Both the position numbers and the translations under genes were made by a program. From positions 8,244-72,243 of the forward strand of contig DATLOT010000026.1 in NCBI GenBank assembly GCA_035536095.1: DNA of 64,000 nucleotides, read 5' to 3'. Below the pieces are notes generated by a model. That model was not told where the DNA came from. It saw nothing but the letters and a program-made list of their open reading frames with translations, and searched no databases. Positions 1-11,679 of this stretch are shown here, piece by piece; the first letter of the stretch is position 1, and each line of letters opens with the position of its first letter. Origin of the DNA: Gammaproteobacteria bacterium (GTDB lineage Bacteria > Pseudomonadota > Gammaproteobacteria > DSM-16500).

Positions 1-49
1 AAACGCGATGTATGATGGTGCACGGAAAAGTGGGATTGAGGGTGAAGAC

Positions 50-682
50 TTGAGCGACTATTTAACTGAACAAGAGCAGATTGAACTGCTAAAGAACTGG
101 ATCAAACAATACAGCCTCGTCATTCTGGCGGGCGTCGTTATCGCTGTACTTGCTATGACCGGGTGGCGATACTGGCAACAGCGACAAGCAACTCTGTATA
201 GTCACGCCTCCGCTGTTTACGACGAAATGCTAACCGCACGCGCTCAGAATGAGCCAGCAACAACGACTATACAAACACAGAAGCTCTTTACACACTACCC
301 CACCACAACTTATGCGCAGTTTGCAGCACTCATGATGGCGCGCGATGCAATTATCAAAAGGAATTACCCGGAAGCAGAAAAACACTTGCGCTGGGTGCTA
401 GACCATAGCCGCATTGCTTCTTTACGACAAATCGCACGCTTACGTTTGGCTCGCTTGTATATCGCACAGCACCAATCTAACAAAGCAATTGATATCCTCC
501 TCAAAGTTGATGATAAAAACTTTAATGGACTGATAAATGAGGTGAGAGGCGATGCCTTCCTAGAAGCAAACAATACAACAATGGCGCGCGAAGCCTACCA
601 GCAAGCACTAACAGATTTACCTGATGCGGAGACAATCAGACCCTTATTACAAATGAAATTCGATAATCTGGCATCAGCATAG
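50..682 (+). CDS. yfgM: YfgM family TPR membrane protein (SecYEG/PpiD ancillary)
   Basis: N-terminal 'TEQEQIELLKNWIKQY' plus TM helix, TPR-like helices, upstream of bamB-der. Likely TTG start at 50 after GAGGGTG (track starts at 8). Confidence 0.9.
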   Translation: MSDYLTEQEQIELLKNWIKQYSLVILAGVVIAVLAMTGWRYWQQRQATLYSHASAVYDEMLTARAQNEPATTTIQTQKLFTHYPTTTYAQFAALMMARDAIIKRNYPEAEKHLRWVLDHSRIASLRQIARLRLARLYIAQHQSNKAIDILLKVDDKNFNGLINEVRGDAFLEANNTTMAREAYQQALTDLPDAETIRPLLQMKFDNLASA

Positions 683-693
683 GTGAATAAATA

Positions 694-1839
694 ATGCGTT
701 ATACTCAATACCTTATCTTTGCCGTCGTCACGCTTTTACTGACCGCTTGCTCTGGCGGTTTTTTTGATAAAGACAATACACAGCCGCCAGCGCCTCTTAC
801 CTCTTTTACACCCGAAATGAAACCACAACACTTGTGGAGCACAAAAACAGGCTCCGGCACGGGAGACGAATACTTAAAAATGACACCCGCCCTAAACGCT
901 GCTGCCATTTTCACAACCAGCCCTCGCGGTATGATCACAGCGATTAATAAGCAAAATGGCCACATGATTTGGCAAATGCATACGGGATTTTCGCTGAGCA
1001 CGGGTCCAGGCGTGGGGAATGGCATTGTTGTTGCCGGTGGCCGCAGAGGCGATATTATTGCGCTTTCACAACTTGATGGTAGACGGCGTTGGATCGCACA
1101 TATCAACGGCGAGATACTTGCGCCACCTGCTGTCAGCGAACGACTCGTCGTTGTGAAAGCAACAGATGGTTATGTCAGAGCACTCTCTACCAGAAATGGT
1201 GAGGAAATATGGTCCTATAAACAGCTAGAGCCCAGCCTCATCTTAAGAGGCGCAAGCCAACCTATTATCCAAGGTGGCGCAGTGATCATGGGTTTTGCGA
1301 ACGGGAACCTTTCTAAACATCAGTTAAATAATGGTGACTTGCTCTGGGAGCAAACAATTGCCACAGCAGAAGGCGCCTTTGCTATCCAACGTATGATTGA
1401 TATCGATGCAAATCCGCTTGTCTTTGAACACAACATTTATGCAGCCACTTATCAGGGTAAAATTGCTTCTCTTGACTGGGCACAAGGCAACGTACGTTGG
1501 GAACACGATATTTCGTCTTATACAGGAATGGTGGCTGATGCAAACACAGTCTACCTTTCGGATGCAACAAGCCATCTCTGGGCATTTAATGCGCGAACAG
1601 GACAGATCCAATGGCGACAAAACCAGCTAGATGCACGCATCATTACAGCGCCTGCAACCACAAGTCGCGCTATTGTCGTGGCAGATGCACAAGGTTACGT
1701 TCATTTACTGCGCAAATCAGATGGTCGTATTATTGGCAGAATTTCCTTAGGTACTGCAATTTATGCCACACCTCTGGTTGAAAATGATATACTCTACGTC
1801 TTCACAAGCCACGGCGCGATTGCCGCATACCAACTGTAA
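694..1839 (+). CDS. bamB: Outer membrane assembly lipoprotein BamB
   Basis: Lipobox LTAC, PQQ-type beta-propeller repeats, yfgM-bamB-der synteny. Confidence 0.95.
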   Translation: MRYTQYLIFAVVTLLLTACSGGFFDKDNTQPPAPLTSFTPEMKPQHLWSTKTGSGTGDEYLKMTPALNAAAIFTTSPRGMITAINKQNGHMIWQMHTGFSLSTGPGVGNGIVVAGGRRGDIIALSQLDGRRRWIAHINGEILAPPAVSERLVVVKATDGYVRALSTRNGEEIWSYKQLEPSLILRGASQPIIQGGAVIMGFANGNLSKHQLNNGDLLWEQTIATAEGAFAIQRMIDIDANPLVFEHNIYAATYQGKIASLDWAQGNVRWEHDISSYTGMVADANTVYLSDATSHLWAFNARTGQIQWRQNQLDARIITAPATTSRAIVVADAQGYVHLLRKSDGRIIGRISLGTAIYATPLVENDILYVFTSHGAIAAYQL

Positions 1840-1854
1840 ACGAGAAACATAAGC

Positions 1855-3168
1855 ATGTTAGCTGTTGTCGCTATTGTAGGTCGACCTAATGTCGGCAAGT
1901 CTACCCTATTTAACCGCCTCACGCGTACGCGTGACGCTGTTATCTCAGCTTTTCCAGGCACAACCCGAGATAGGCAGTATGGTAACGTCAGCCTTCATGA
2001 GCGACATTTCATTGTAATCGATACAGGTGGTATTACAGAAGAAAATGATGTCGTTGATAAATTGATTACGCAACAAGCGCAACGCGCTATTCAGGATGCC
2101 GACAAAATCTTATTCCTTGTGGATGCTAAAGCTGGCCTTTTACCTGAAGACAGAATGATTGCAGAAACACTGAGACGATCAGGCAAAACCATCGTGCTTG
2201 CTGTGAACAAAACAGAAGGCACGGACTTAGCGCTCAGCACTGTCGATGCCTATGAATTAGGCATTGGCGCGCCCATTGGTATTGCAGCGGCGCATGGTAG
2301 CGGCATAGATCAACTGGTCAAAGCACTATTCCCTGAACCTACGCCTGCTGAAGAAGATACCACTGCAATGGGCATCAAGCTTGCTATAGTAGGTAAACCA
2401 AACGTAGGGAAATCAACGCTCACCAACCGCATGTTAGGTGAAGAGCGTGTGATTGTGCATGATTCCCCTGGCACAACGCGGGACAGTATTTTTATTCCAC
2501 TGGAAAGATTCGAAAAACACTACACACTCATTGATACAGCAGGCGTACGTAAACGCACGAAGATTGACGAATTACCGGAAAAATTTTCTGTTGTGAAGAC
2601 GCTGCAAGCTATCGAAAATGCAAACGTTGTCTTATATGTGGTTGATGCACGCATGGGTGTTTCTGAGCAAGATATGAAACTACTGGGATTTGTCCTATCT
2701 TGCGGCAAAGGATTGGTTATTGCGGTGAATAAGTGGGATGGTTTAAGTGAGGAAGCAAGAAACCATGCCAAAGCCACTATTGATAGACATTTAGACTTCG
2801 TACGTTTTGCAAAAGTACATTATATTTCCGCATTGCACGGATCAGGTGTCGGTAATTTATTTGATTCTGTTAATGAAGCCTACGCTTCTGCTACCAAGAA
2901 GCTCTCCACACCCGTGCTCACACGATTATTACAGAAGGCACTCGTCACCCACCAGCCACCCCTGGTACACGGCCGCCGTGTTAAGCTTCGTTACGCTCAC
3001 CCAGGCGGGAGCAACCCACCCATTATTGTCATCCATGGCAACCAGGTAAACGCCCTACCAGAGAGCTATAAGCGCTTTTTAGCAGGATTTTACCAGAAAC
3101 ACTTAAAGCTCTCGGGTACGCCCGTGATGATTGAGTTTAAGGGCAATGATAATCCTTATACGACATAA
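1855..3168 (+). CDS. der: Ribosome biogenesis GTPase Der
   Basis: Two G domains ([16 protein letters not shown]; DTGG/DTAG), KH-like C-terminus. Confidence 0.98.
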   Translation: MLAVVAIVGRPNVGKSTLFNRLTRTRDAVISAFPGTTRDRQYGNVSLHERHFIVIDTGGITEENDVVDKLITQQAQRAIQDADKILFLVDAKAGLLPEDRMIAETLRRSGKTIVLAVNKTEGTDLALSTVDAYELGIGAPIGIAAAHGSGIDQLVKALFPEPTPAEEDTTAMGIKLAIVGKPNVGKSTLTNRMLGEERVIVHDSPGTTRDSIFIPLERFEKHYTLIDTAGVRKRTKIDELPEKFSVVKTLQAIENANVVLYVVDARMGVSEQDMKLLGFVLSCGKGLVIAVNKWDGLSEEARNHAKATIDRHLDFVRFAKVHYISALHGSGVGNLFDSVNEAYASATKKLSTPVLTRLLQKALVTHQPPLVHGRRVKLRYAHPGGSNPPIIVIHGNQVNALPESYKRFLAGFYQKHLKLSGTPVMIEFKGNDNPYTT

Positions 3169-3185
3169 TGAAACTGGGCTGCGGA

Positions 3186-3230
3186 ACCGAGCCCGCGCGG
3201 TTTCGCGACTCAGCACAGTCGCGGTTCGGT
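3186..3230. repeat. Degenerate REP-like inverted pair (family 1)
   Basis: AACCGAGCCCGCG ... GTCGCGGTTCGGT resembles the ACCGAGCCGCGAC core found elsewhere in the window. Confidence 0.5.
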
Positions 3231-3245
3231 AAAACCATAGCTTCC

Positions 3246-3274
3246 TTGACAGCGCCCTCAGCTCTTACTAGGAT
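3246..3274 (+). promoter_or_regulatory. sigma70 promoter for ispB
   Basis: TTGACA-17 nt-TAGGAT. Confidence 0.6.
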
Positions 3275-3306
3275 GCACAAATTAACAAATTAAATCAGGA
3301 GTTCTC

Positions 3307-4275
3307 GTGTCGTTAGAATCTATCACTCACCTGGTGAGTACAGACTTAAACGCAGCGAACGAGTTTATTATTTCTCAGCTGGAATCTAAGATCCCACTGG
3401 TAAGGGAAGTCGTTGAATATGTATTGACCTGCGGCGGGAAAAGAATTCGCCCTTTGGTATTATTGTTGAGCGCGCATGCGGTTGCCAATCAAAACCACAA
3501 ACATATCGATCTTGCTGCTGTCATTGAACTCATACACACGGCCACCCTCTTGCATGATGACGTTGTAGACAGCGCCACACTACGACGGGGAAATAAAACA
3601 GCACATACCATTTGGGGCAGCAATACAAGCGTGCTTGTTGGTGATTTTCTCTATTCTCGGGCATTTCAAATTGTTATTGAATTAAACAATCAAGAGATAC
3701 TTCCTATTTTTGCAAAAGCCACACATTTAATTGCTGAAGGAGAAATCCTGCAATTGGTGAATTGCAATAACCCAGATACCACAGAAGCTTTTTACTTTGA
3801 CATCATTGAACGCAAAACAGCTAAGCTGTTCGAGATTGCAGCACAACTGGGCAGCACGATTGCAACGGCTGCAACAGAAAAGACACTTGCCTTGCAACAA
3901 TACGGATTGCATTTAGGTTTGGCTTATCAACTGATTGATGATGCGTTGGACTATAGCCGTTCACCAGACCAAACAGGTAAAAATGTTGGACAAGATATCG
4001 CGGAGGGGAAAACAACGCTGCCGCTTATTCAAGCCATGCGTAAGAGTAAAGGCGCGGATCTTCAGTTGTTACGTGATGCCATACAAACGGGCTCGAGCAA
4101 AGAACTTGATACGGTGATGGGAATCATTGAATCCACGGATGCGATACAGTACACTCTTGACACCGCGAGGTCTCATGCGCAATTAGCAAAAGAAGCGTTA
4201 CATGCTATTATGCCTTCACCTTATCGCACAGCACTGGAGCATTTAAGCGACTTTGTTGTAGATAGGCACTTTTAA
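3307..4275 (+). CDS. ispB: Octaprenyl diphosphate synthase
   Basis: GGKRIRP, LHDDVVD and QLIDDALD aspartate-rich motifs. Confidence 0.95.
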   Translation: MSLESITHLVSTDLNAANEFIISQLESKIPLVREVVEYVLTCGGKRIRPLVLLLSAHAVANQNHKHIDLAAVIELIHTATLLHDDVVDSATLRRGNKTAHTIWGSNTSVLVGDFLYSRAFQIVIELNNQEILPIFAKATHLIAEGEILQLVNCNNPDTTEAFYFDIIERKTAKLFEIAAQLGSTIATAATEKTLALQQYGLHLGLAYQLIDDALDYSRSPDQTGKNVGQDIAEGKTTLPLIQAMRKSKGADLQLLRDAIQTGSSKELDTVMGIIESTDAIQYTLDTARSHAQLAKEALHAIMPSPYRTALEHLSDFVVDRHF

Positions 4276-4282
4276 CGCAACG

Positions 4283-4356
4283 CGGGGTGTGGCTCAGCCT
4301 GGTAGAGCGCTGCCTTCGGGAGGCAGATGTCGCAGGTTCAAATCCTGTCACCCCGA
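4283..4356 (+). tRNA. tRNA-Pro(CGG)
   Basis: CGGGGTG/CACCCCG acceptor stem, anticodon arm CTGCC-TTCGGGA-GGCAG, GGTTCAAATCC T-arm; CCA not encoded. Confidence 0.95.
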
Positions 4357-4417
4357 TTTTGTAATAGCTCAGCCCCGAATAAACACCAAACGTTCGGTTG
4401 CGAGGCAGATTTCAATC

Positions 4418-4867
4418 TTACTCAACCAATTTTAATAATGGCTTGGTCGTGTGTTTTGCATTTTTATCTAAGGGTTCGGGCGCACTGCCATACTCTGCTT
4501 GCTGGACGCCTTCAGAGAAAGCAAAAGAACTGCCTGGGCTTCCATTTGTATCAAAAAACAAACCTTCTTCCTCATCTTCTTCCGGATAAATAGCTAACAC
4601 AGCATCAATAGGCACAGAAACCATATGCACAATACCACCAAAAGACGCTTTAAATTGAATAAATTCATTTGTGATTTCTAAATGACGGACAGCGGAAGAT
4701 TCCAAGCTGAAAAGAATCTCACCATCTTCTATATAATCAACGGGCACCCTACAATGAGGATGGTATGCATGAACAAGCAGCATAGGCACACATTTACTAT
4801 CAACGATCCGCTGATGCCACGCACGTAACAAATAAGGTTTGTTTGATAGCATGATGCGCTTCTTCAT
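4418..4867 (-). CDS. sspB: ClpXP adaptor SspB
   Basis: 'KPYLLRAW', 'FKASFGG', C-terminal 'PLLKLVE' ClpX-binding tail; follows sspA. Confidence 0.92.
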   Translation of the reverse strand: MKKRIMLSNKPYLLRAWHQRIVDSKCVPMLLVHAYHPHCRVPVDYIEDGEILFSLESSAVRHLEITNEFIQFKASFGGIVHMVSVPIDAVLAIYPEEDEEEGLFFDTNGSPGSSFAFSEGVQQAEYGSAPEPLDKNAKHTTKPLLKLVE

Positions 4868-5514
4868 TAGGCTGATTCCCTTTCACTGTCCCTTAATTCC
4901 TGCTCTACTTCAGTTAAGCTTGCCTGAAAGGAATCTCGCTGAAAAATACGATTCGCATATCTATTAACGGCTTTAGACTCAGCAGGAGAAAAATCAATTC
5001 CCCAAGCAGGTAACCGCCAAAGAACCGGCGCAAACCAACAGTCCGCTAATGTTAACTCCTCTCCCATCAGATAAGGAGAAGTCGCAAAAGCAGGTACGAA
5101 TTGCGTGATGTAAGAAACCATCTCTTTAGCAGCCGCGCGCATATCAGCTACATTGTTTGACTCTAGTTTCTGAATAATCGATCCACAGTCTTTTTCAAGA
5201 CGATAAATGATCAGACGCGCTTTCGCTCTCGCGACAGGGTAGACAGGCATTAACGGTGGATGGGGGAAACGCTCATCTAAATATTCAGCGATAATACTGG
5301 GATCATACAAAACCAAGTCTCGATCTACCAGTGTCGGCACATTACCATAGGGGTTCAGCTCAAATAAACCCTCAGGTTTGCTGCGCACATCAATATTAAC
5401 AACTTCATAAGATACGCCTTTTTCTGCGAGCGCAATGCGCACCCGATGGCTTAAAATATCATTAGCTCCAGAATAAAGCGTCATCACTGAACGCTTATTG
5501 GTAACAACCGCCAT
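4867..5514 (-). CDS. sspA: Stringent starvation protein A
   Basis: 'NKRSVMTLYSG', GST fold, 'LNPYGNVPTLVDRDLVLY'. Confidence 0.95.
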   Translation of the reverse strand: MAVVTNKRSVMTLYSGANDILSHRVRIALAEKGVSYEVVNIDVRSKPEGLFELNPYGNVPTLVDRDLVLYDPSIIAEYLDERFPHPPLMPVYPVARAKARLIIYRLEKDCGSIIQKLESNNVADMRAAAKEMVSYITQFVPAFATSPYLMGEELTLADCWFAPVLWRLPAWGIDFSPAESKAVNRYANRIFQRDSFQASLTEVEQELRDSERESA

Positions 5515-5607
5515 AGCACACTCCCACAGAAAATATCTGCACTGAATTAAGGAATCCCACTAACTACTGAACGATAAGAACAAGAATCCACAATAAAAAA
5601 ACAACTG

Positions 5608-5681
5608 TGGCTGGGGGACTAGGATTCGAACCTAGGTTGATGGAGTCAGAGTCCATAGTCCTACCACTAGACGATCCCCCA
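5608..5681 (-). tRNA. tRNA-Gln(CTG)
   Basis: Reverse complement TGGGGGA...ATGGA-CTCTGAC-TCCAT...GGTTCGAATCC...CCCCCAGCCA. Confidence 0.95.
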
Positions 5682-5695
5682 CGCACCAAAAAAGG

Positions 5696-6130
5696 TTAGC
5701 GCTTGGAGAACTGCGATGCCCTTCTCGCTTTTTTCAGACCTACCTTCTTTCGTTCAACTTCTCTAGCATCTCGCGTTAAGTACTTCCTTTGACGTAAGGG
5801 TAATCTCAACTCGTCCGCATCGTACTTCAACAACGCACGGGAAATACCTAAACGAATTGCACCAGCTTGACCATTATTACCACCACCCATCACGGCAATG
5901 TTAATATCAAACTGATCTTGCAAATTAGTCGCTTCTAATGGCTGGCAAACGATCATACGCGATGTTTTGCGGCCAAAATATTCCTCTAAAGTGCGACCAT
6001 TGACAACAATCCTGCCTGTGCCTCGTTTAAGATAAACCCTTGCAACCGATGTCTTACGACGGCCAGTACCATAAAAACATTCAATTTGTTTGCGTCCAGC
6101 TTGTGTACGTTCAACTTGCGTAGTAGCCAT
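5696..6130 (-). CDS. rpsI: 30S ribosomal protein S9
   Basis: '[13 protein letters not shown]', C-terminal 'QFSKR'. Confidence 0.98.
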   Translation of the reverse strand: MATTQVERTQAGRKQIECFYGTGRRKTSVARVYLKRGTGRIVVNGRTLEEYFGRKTSRMIVCQPLEATNLQDQFDINIAVMGGGNNGQAGAIRLGISRALLKYDADELRLPLRQRKYLTRDAREVERKKVGLKKARRASQFSKR

Positions 6131-6136
6131 AAATCC

Positions 6137-6583
6137 TTACTCTATTTCTTTCAAAAGATTGATAATAACCGGTTGTTGCGCCTCATGCGGATGCTCAGAT
6201 CCCGCATAAACCTTTAGCTTGCGCAGCATCGCACGACCCAAAGCATTCTTAGGCAGCATGCCCTTGACCGCGATTTCTATTGCGCGTCTTGGGTCTTTTT
6301 CCTGTAACTTCTCAAAAGTCACTTCTTTAATGCCCCCGGGATAACCAGAGTGGGTGTAATAACGTTTATCCTGCTCCTTCCTACCCGTCACCTTCACCTG
6401 AGCAGCATTCAGGACAACCACATAGTCACCAGTATCTGTATGCGGTGTATAGGTCGGCTTATGTTTGCCACGTAAATAAGTAGCGATTTGGCTAGCTAAC
6501 CTGCCCAGCACCTTCTCCGATGCATCAACAAGATACCACTTGTGTTCTACATTCTCATTTGTTGCAAAATACGTCTTCATCAT
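6137..6583 (-). CDS. rplM: 50S ribosomal protein L13
   Basis: '[16 protein letters not shown]', '[13 protein letters not shown]'; start trimmed to MMKTYF. Confidence 0.98.
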   Translation of the reverse strand: MMKTYFATNENVEHKWYLVDASEKVLGRLASQIATYLRGKHKPTYTPHTDTGDYVVVLNAAQVKVTGRKEQDKRYYTHSGYPGGIKEVTFEKLQEKDPRRAIEIAVKGMLPKNALGRAMLRKLKVYAGSEHPHEAQQPVIINLLKEIE

Positions 6584-6977
6584 GCGTCCTGTTATAGTTA
6601 AACTTCTTATCAAGCGCCAGAATTGTATAGTATGTGGTAAAAGCAAGCAATAGGTCTGTCGATATTTCGTTGTTCTACGACGCTAAATGCGTAAATCCCC
6701 TTAAAATTGTTCTTTTTTTAGTCTATCTACGCTTATCCTGGTTACAGTCTTTTTATGATACCTGTTAGCCTGATAACGATGCACTGCGCTACAATGAGGG
6801 CTACATCGAGAAAAACAGAGCAAGATAGCGCGCTTTTACCCCTAAAATTACCTCAAAAAACCTTTTTTATAAAAAAAAATTAAAAAAACCCCCTATTTTT
6901 AATAAAAAACACTCGCAAAATTCTACCGAAGTGATATGTTAGTAATGTCCCTTTAAAATTTAGTAAGGAATGAAGAT

Positions 6978-7376
6978 ATGCCTGTAAAAAAGAAATCTAA
7001 AGCAACAAAGAAAAAAGCTTCAAATGGTAAGTCTGCTACTAAGTTAGCAACCAAAAAATTGCCTAGCATTAAAGATCCTCTTTCCAAGAAAGGTGTGATT
7101 GATGCGATTGTCTCTACCACTGGTTTAAGCAAAAAAGATGTAACGAATACATTAATCTGCCTAAACGACGTGATTGAGAAACACATTAAATCAGGTGGAC
7201 CAGGTACTTTTACCATGCCAGGACTTCTCAAAATTATGGTTAAGAAGAAACCGGCAAGGCCTGCTCGCAAAGGTATTAACCCCTTTACTGGCGAAGAAGT
7301 CACCTTCAAAGCAAAACCTGCTTGCAAGGTTGTGAAAATCAAGCCACTCAAAAAGCTAAAGGAAATGGTTGCTTAA
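6978..7376 (+). CDS. HU/IHF-family histone-like DNA-binding protein with Lys-rich N-terminal tail
   Basis: 'TGLSKKDV', 'PARKGINPFTGEEVTFKAKPA' HU arm motif. Confidence 0.9.
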   Translation: MPVKKKSKATKKKASNGKSATKLATKKLPSIKDPLSKKGVIDAIVSTTGLSKKDVTNTLICLNDVIEKHIKSGGPGTFTMPGLLKIMVKKKPARPARKGINPFTGEEVTFKAKPACKVVKIKPLKKLKEMVA

Positions 7377-7398
7377 CCGTATCTAAAGCGAAAAACCT

Positions 7399-7431
7399 AA
7401 AATCCCCTTACAAAAGTAAGGGGATTTTTTT
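7399..7431 (+). terminator. Intrinsic terminator of HU-like gene
   Basis: AAAATCCCCTTAC-AAAA-GTAAGGGGATTTT followed by T run. Confidence 0.85.
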
Positions 7432-7479
7432 GCGTGAAACAAAGCAGCGCGCGTAACAGAAAGCCGAACAACGCGCAAA

Positions 7480-7585
7480 ACCGAGCCGCGACCGTGAGGG
7501 AGCGTCACATGACTAACGGGTGCCACCACTCAATAACAGTGACGCTTGCTAGTCATGTGACGCTCCCTCACGGTCGCGGCTCGGT
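7480..7585. repeat. REP-like doublet (family 1): perfect 36-bp inverted repeat with 34-bp spacer
   Basis: 7480-7515 ACCGAGCCGCGACCGTGAGGGAGCGTCACATGACTA is the exact reverse complement of 7550-7585. Confidence 0.9.
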
Positions 7586-7632
7586 CTTACCGGGCATGCC
7601 CAACAGGGCGGATGAGGGGGTATCAAAACGAA

Positions 7633-8988
7633 TTAAGCTTTCTCAACGGCTGCCGCCAACTCACGAGCAACACGCTCTACTAAAGCGGGATCTTCACCTT
7701 CTACCATCACTCTTATGACAGACTCCGTACCAGAGCGACGCAACAACACACGGCCACTTTTACCTAAACACTGTTCTGCCTCTTTAACCGCCTTAACAAC
7801 AGAGGCGCGCGAAAGCAAATCAGCATCCTCTTTGTTCGACTTGATATTAAGCAATACCTGAGAATATTTTTTAAGCGACGCATGCATATCAGCCAGTGTT
7901 TTTTGTTGATGTTTCATGGCTGCCAGCACCTGTAGTGCTGTGATAATACCGTCACCTGTGGTCGTCAAATCTCGACAAACAACATGCCCCGATGGTTCAC
8001 CACCTAAATACCAATCACGCTTTGTCAGTTCGCTAATGACATAACGATCACCAACAGGTACGCGTACAAATGCCACGCCTAATGCGCGTATGGCCTGTTC
8101 AAAACCCAGATTCGACATTAAAGTCCCGACGATACCACCCTTCAACGTGCCACGCACTTGCTTGTTTTGAGCAATAATATAAATTAAATCATCACCATCT
8201 AGCACCTGACCCAGGTGATCAACCATTAAAGCACGGTCACCATCACCATCTAAACTAATACCCAAATCAGCCCCGCGAGACAACACCATATCGCGCATAA
8301 ACGTTGGGCGCGTTGCACCACAATCTAAATTAATATTCAAACCATTAGGTGAAACGCCCATCTCAATCACATCAGCACCTAATTCGCGCAGCACATTAGG
8401 CGCAATGTGATAAGCCGCTCCGTTTGCACAATCCACCACGATTTTCAAACCATTCAACGTAATATCAGAGGCAACTGTGCTCTTACAAAACTCAATGTAA
8501 CGACCCGGCGCATCAACAACCCGAATTGCCTTACCCAATTCAGCAGAATCCACCGTCGTCATTGGTTGTTCTAACTGCTCTTCAATTGCAATTTCCAGTT
8601 CATCAGCAAGTTTCATCCCCTTAGCGGAAAAGAACTTAATGCCGTTATCATAATAAGGATTATGCGAAGCGCTAATGACAATGCCTGCTTGGGCACGCAA
8701 GGTACGCGTTAAATAAGCAATAGCAGGTGTTGGCATAGGCCCCAATAAGTGCGTGTCTATACCCGCAGCGGATAAGCCCGCTTCCAGCACAGACTCAAAC
8801 ATATAACCAGAAATACGGGGATCTTTACCAATAAGCACTTTCCCATTACCCTGACGGGCAAGCACTTTACCAACTGCCCAACCCAATTTTAAGATAAATT
8901 CTGGCGTAATTGGCCACACACCCACTCGGCCACGTATCCCATCTGTACCAAAATAACGTTTTGCTTTTTGCATAAGCTGATCCGACAT
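7633..8988 (-). CDS. glmM: Phosphoglucosamine mutase
   Basis: 'YFGTDGIRG', 'ISASHNP', 'LDGDGDR', 'GGEPSGH'. Confidence 0.98.
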   Translation of the reverse strand: MSDQLMQKAKRYFGTDGIRGRVGVWPITPEFILKLGWAVGKVLARQGNGKVLIGKDPRISGYMFESVLEAGLSAAGIDTHLLGPMPTPAIAYLTRTLRAQAGIVISASHNPYYDNGIKFFSAKGMKLADELEIAIEEQLEQPMTTVDSAELGKAIRVVDAPGRYIEFCKSTVASDITLNGLKIVVDCANGAAYHIAPNVLRELGADVIEMGVSPNGLNINLDCGATRPTFMRDMVLSRGADLGISLDGDGDRALMVDHLGQVLDGDDLIYIIAQNKQVRGTLKGGIVGTLMSNLGFEQAIRALGVAFVRVPVGDRYVISELTKRDWYLGGEPSGHVVCRDLTTTGDGIITALQVLAAMKHQQKTLADMHASLKKYSQVLLNIKSNKEDADLLSRASVVKAVKEAEQCLGKSGRVLLRRSGTESVIRVMVEGEDPALVERVARELAAAVEKA

Positions 8989-8991
8989 AAA

Positions 8992-10953
8992 CTAACGAGC
9001 CGAATCATCTTGAGAAGGAGGCTGCTCTTTAGGTTTAGAAAAATCCAAAGATTCCTGCTTAGGTTCAGGTGCAATCACGCCGTCACCAGCGGGCCCGTGT
9101 GCCTTTTTTTCAGCTCTGGCACGCCATCCCGCTGGCTCTCGTATCGTTCTCCCCTTCATAATATCCTCTAATTGCTCTATACCCACTGTTTCATATTTCA
9201 CAAGCGCTTCCGCCAACGTATGCAATTTATCAATATTATCCTTTAAGATCTTTTCTGCACGTCTATAATTGCGATCGACGATAGTGCGCACCTCAGTATC
9301 TACAATATTCGAAGTCGCTTCCGAAACGTCCTTATGGCGCGTCACAGAATGGCCTAAGAACACTTCCTCATCATCACCGCTTAATGTGAGCGGCCCAACC
9401 TTAACAGAAAGACCCCACTTGGTTACCATGTTTCTCGCAATTTCAGTGGCTTTTTGAATATCATTGGACGCACCAGTGGTGACTTTACTCTCGCCGAAAA
9501 TAATCTCTTCAGCTAAACGACCACCAAATAAACTCGATAATTTGCTTTCCAAATATTCGCGGGTATAGTTATAACGATCACCTTCGGGCAAGAAAACCGT
9601 CACACCTAACGCACGACCACGCGGGATAATTGTCACCTTATGCACAGGATCATGAGAGGGTACGTGTAATCCCACAATAGCATGTCCTGCTTCATGATAA
9701 GCTGTTAAACGCTTTTCTTCATCAGACATCACCATTGAGCGACGCTCCGTCCCCATGATGATCTTGTCTTTTGCTTTTTCAAAGTCTTCCATCTCCACCA
9801 CGCGTTTATCAGCACGCGCTGCGAATAATGCCGCTTCATTCACAATATTGGATAAATCGGCGCCTGAAAATCCGGGCGTACTACGCGCAATCACAGAAAT
9901 ATCCACATCATCTGAGATAGGCACTTTACGGCTGTGTACACGCAATATGTGTTCCCGACCAAGCACATCAGGTAACCCAACAACAACTTGACGATCAAAA
10001 CGACCCGGTCGCAATAAAGCAGGATCAAGCACATCCGGCCTATTCGTTGCAGCAACAACGATGACACCCTCATTACCCTGGAAGCCATCCATCTCAACTA
10101 ACATTTGGTTAAGTGTTTGTTCACGCTCATCGTGACCACCCCCCAAACCCGCACCACGGTGACGACCAACCGCATCAATTTCATCGATAAAGATAATACA
10201 AGGCGCTTGCTTCTTCGCTTGTTCAAACATATCCCGCACACGCGAAGCGCCCACACCAACGAACATTTCAACAAAATCCGAACCCGAAATCGTAAAGAAA
10301 GGCACCTTTGCCTCACCTGCAACAGCACGCGCCAACAATGTTTTACCCGTTCCCGGCGGCCCTGCTAACAGTACACCACGTGGCAATTTACCGCCCAGAC
10401 GTTGAAATTTGCCAGGATCTTTTAAAAAATCAACGAGTTCCTTTACTTCTTCTTTTGCTTCTTCACACCCTGCCACATCAGAAAACGTGACTTTCACTTG
10501 GTCAGCATTGAGCAACCTGGCACGACTACGTCCAAAAGAGAACGCGCCTCCCTTACCACCCCCCGATTGCTGACGCAAAATGTGTATCCAAATCGCGATA
10601 AACACGACAATCAAAATCATTGGGAGCAGATTGATAATGTGCACTAACATACTAGGCTGCTCAGGCGGCTTACCTTTTACAATCACGCCCTTAGAGACCA
10701 TATCTTGAAGTAAAGTATCATCTTGCCGCATCGGCAAATAAGTGACAAAGTTCTTGTTATTCTGCAGCGTACCATTAACCGTCTGATCCGCAATTGTCGC
10801 TGCCTTCACGTTCCCCTGCTCTACTTCGTTCAACAACGTCGTATAACTGAGGTGCTCCTCTGTATCACGTTTAGGACCTAAGGTATTAAAAACTGAAACC
10901 AAGATAACGCCAATCACCATCCATAAGAGTATCGTTTTAATTGCGTCATTCAC
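8992..10953 (-). CDS. ftsH: ATP-dependent zinc metalloprotease FtsH
   Basis: Two TM helices, [13 protein letters not shown] zinc motif. Confidence 0.99.
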   Translation of the reverse strand: MNDAIKTILLWMVIGVILVSVFNTLGPKRDTEEHLSYTTLLNEVEQGNVKAATIADQTVNGTLQNNKNFVTYLPMRQDDTLLQDMVSKGVIVKGKPPEQPSMLVHIINLLPMILIVVFIAIWIHILRQQSGGGKGGAFSFGRSRARLLNADQVKVTFSDVAGCEEAKEEVKELVDFLKDPGKFQRLGGKLPRGVLLAGPPGTGKTLLARAVAGEAKVPFFTISGSDFVEMFVGVGASRVRDMFEQAKKQAPCIIFIDEIDAVGRHRGAGLGGGHDEREQTLNQMLVEMDGFQGNEGVIVVAATNRPDVLDPALLRPGRFDRQVVVGLPDVLGREHILRVHSRKVPISDDVDISVIARSTPGFSGADLSNIVNEAALFAARADKRVVEMEDFEKAKDKIIMGTERRSMVMSDEEKRLTAYHEAGHAIVGLHVPSHDPVHKVTIIPRGRALGVTVFLPEGDRYNYTREYLESKLSSLFGGRLAEEIIFGESKVTTGASNDIQKATEIARNMVTKWGLSVKVGPLTLSGDDEEVFLGHSVTRHKDVSEATSNIVDTEVRTIVDRNYRRAEKILKDNIDKLHTLAEALVKYETVGIEQLEDIMKGRTIREPAGWRARAEKKAHGPAGDGVIAPEPKQESLDFSKPKEQPPSQDDSAR

Positions 10954-11048
10954 GTTGATAACCTCTCGTCGCGACTAGAGTCCATAGACTCTAAGATTAA
11001 TGAAAAAATTCAACTTACTTCCATCATACCTAACTTAGCGTTATTTCA

Positions 11049-11678
11049 CTAGGGTTTGCCTTTTAATTCACGCGCTAAAATATAGATTTCCCGGGATCGC
11101 TCTCGGGAGGCTTTTGGCTTACGGAGAACAACTTTCTTAAAATTGTTCTTAATTTCCCGAAGCAGCGCCTCATACCCCTCACCTTGGAAGGCTTTTACCA
11201 GTAATCCTCCGGTAGGAGACAATACCTTAAGCGCAAAATCTAATGCCAGTTCAGCAAGATAGATAGAACGAACAATATCAACACCCTTGTGCCCACTCAT
11301 ATTAGGCGCCATATCGGACAGCACCCAGTCTATTTGTTGCCCACTCAGCTGTGTTTTCAACTGTTCTAGTACAGCCTCATCCTTGAAATCACCTTGAATA
11401 AAGGACACACCTGGAATCGGCTCCATCTCCAGCACATCTAGCGCAAACACCTGCCCACCGGGCTTTACGCGCTGACACACAACCTGACACCATCCACCTG
11501 GCGCAGCACCTAAATCCACAACACGCATACCCGGCTTAAACAAGCGATCACGCTGATCGATTTCCAGTAATTTATATACCGCGCGTGAGCGATACCCAGC
11601 TTGCTGAGCCTGCTGCACATAAGGGTCTGCAAAATGTTCTTTTAACCATCGACGACTGCTGCGGCTTCTCTCTGCCAT
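11049..11678 (-). CDS. rlmE: 23S rRNA Um2552 methyltransferase
   Basis: 'GYRSRAVYKL', 'DLGAAPGGW', 'SDMAPN'. Confidence 0.97.
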   Translation of the reverse strand: MAERSRSSRRWLKEHFADPYVQQAQQAGYRSRAVYKLLEIDQRDRLFKPGMRVVDLGAAPGGWCQVVCQRVKPGGQVFALDVLEMEPIPGVSFIQGDFKDEAVLEQLKTQLSGQQIDWVLSDMAPNMSGHKGVDIVRSIYLAELALDFALKVLSPTGGLLVKAFQGEGYEALLREIKNNFKKVVLRKPKASRERSREIYILARELKGKP

Positions 11679-11679
11679 T

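Noticed and set aside
4283-4360. tRNA-Pro lacking encoded CCA as a pseudo-tRNA or integration scar
   Set aside because: All arms pair normally, and CCA can be added post-transcriptionally
7434-7718. 94-aa ORF and similar repeat-spanning ORFs (63095-63343, 23470-23730, 23709-24005)
   Set aside because: They are frames through REP elements or antisense to tmRNA, with no protein features
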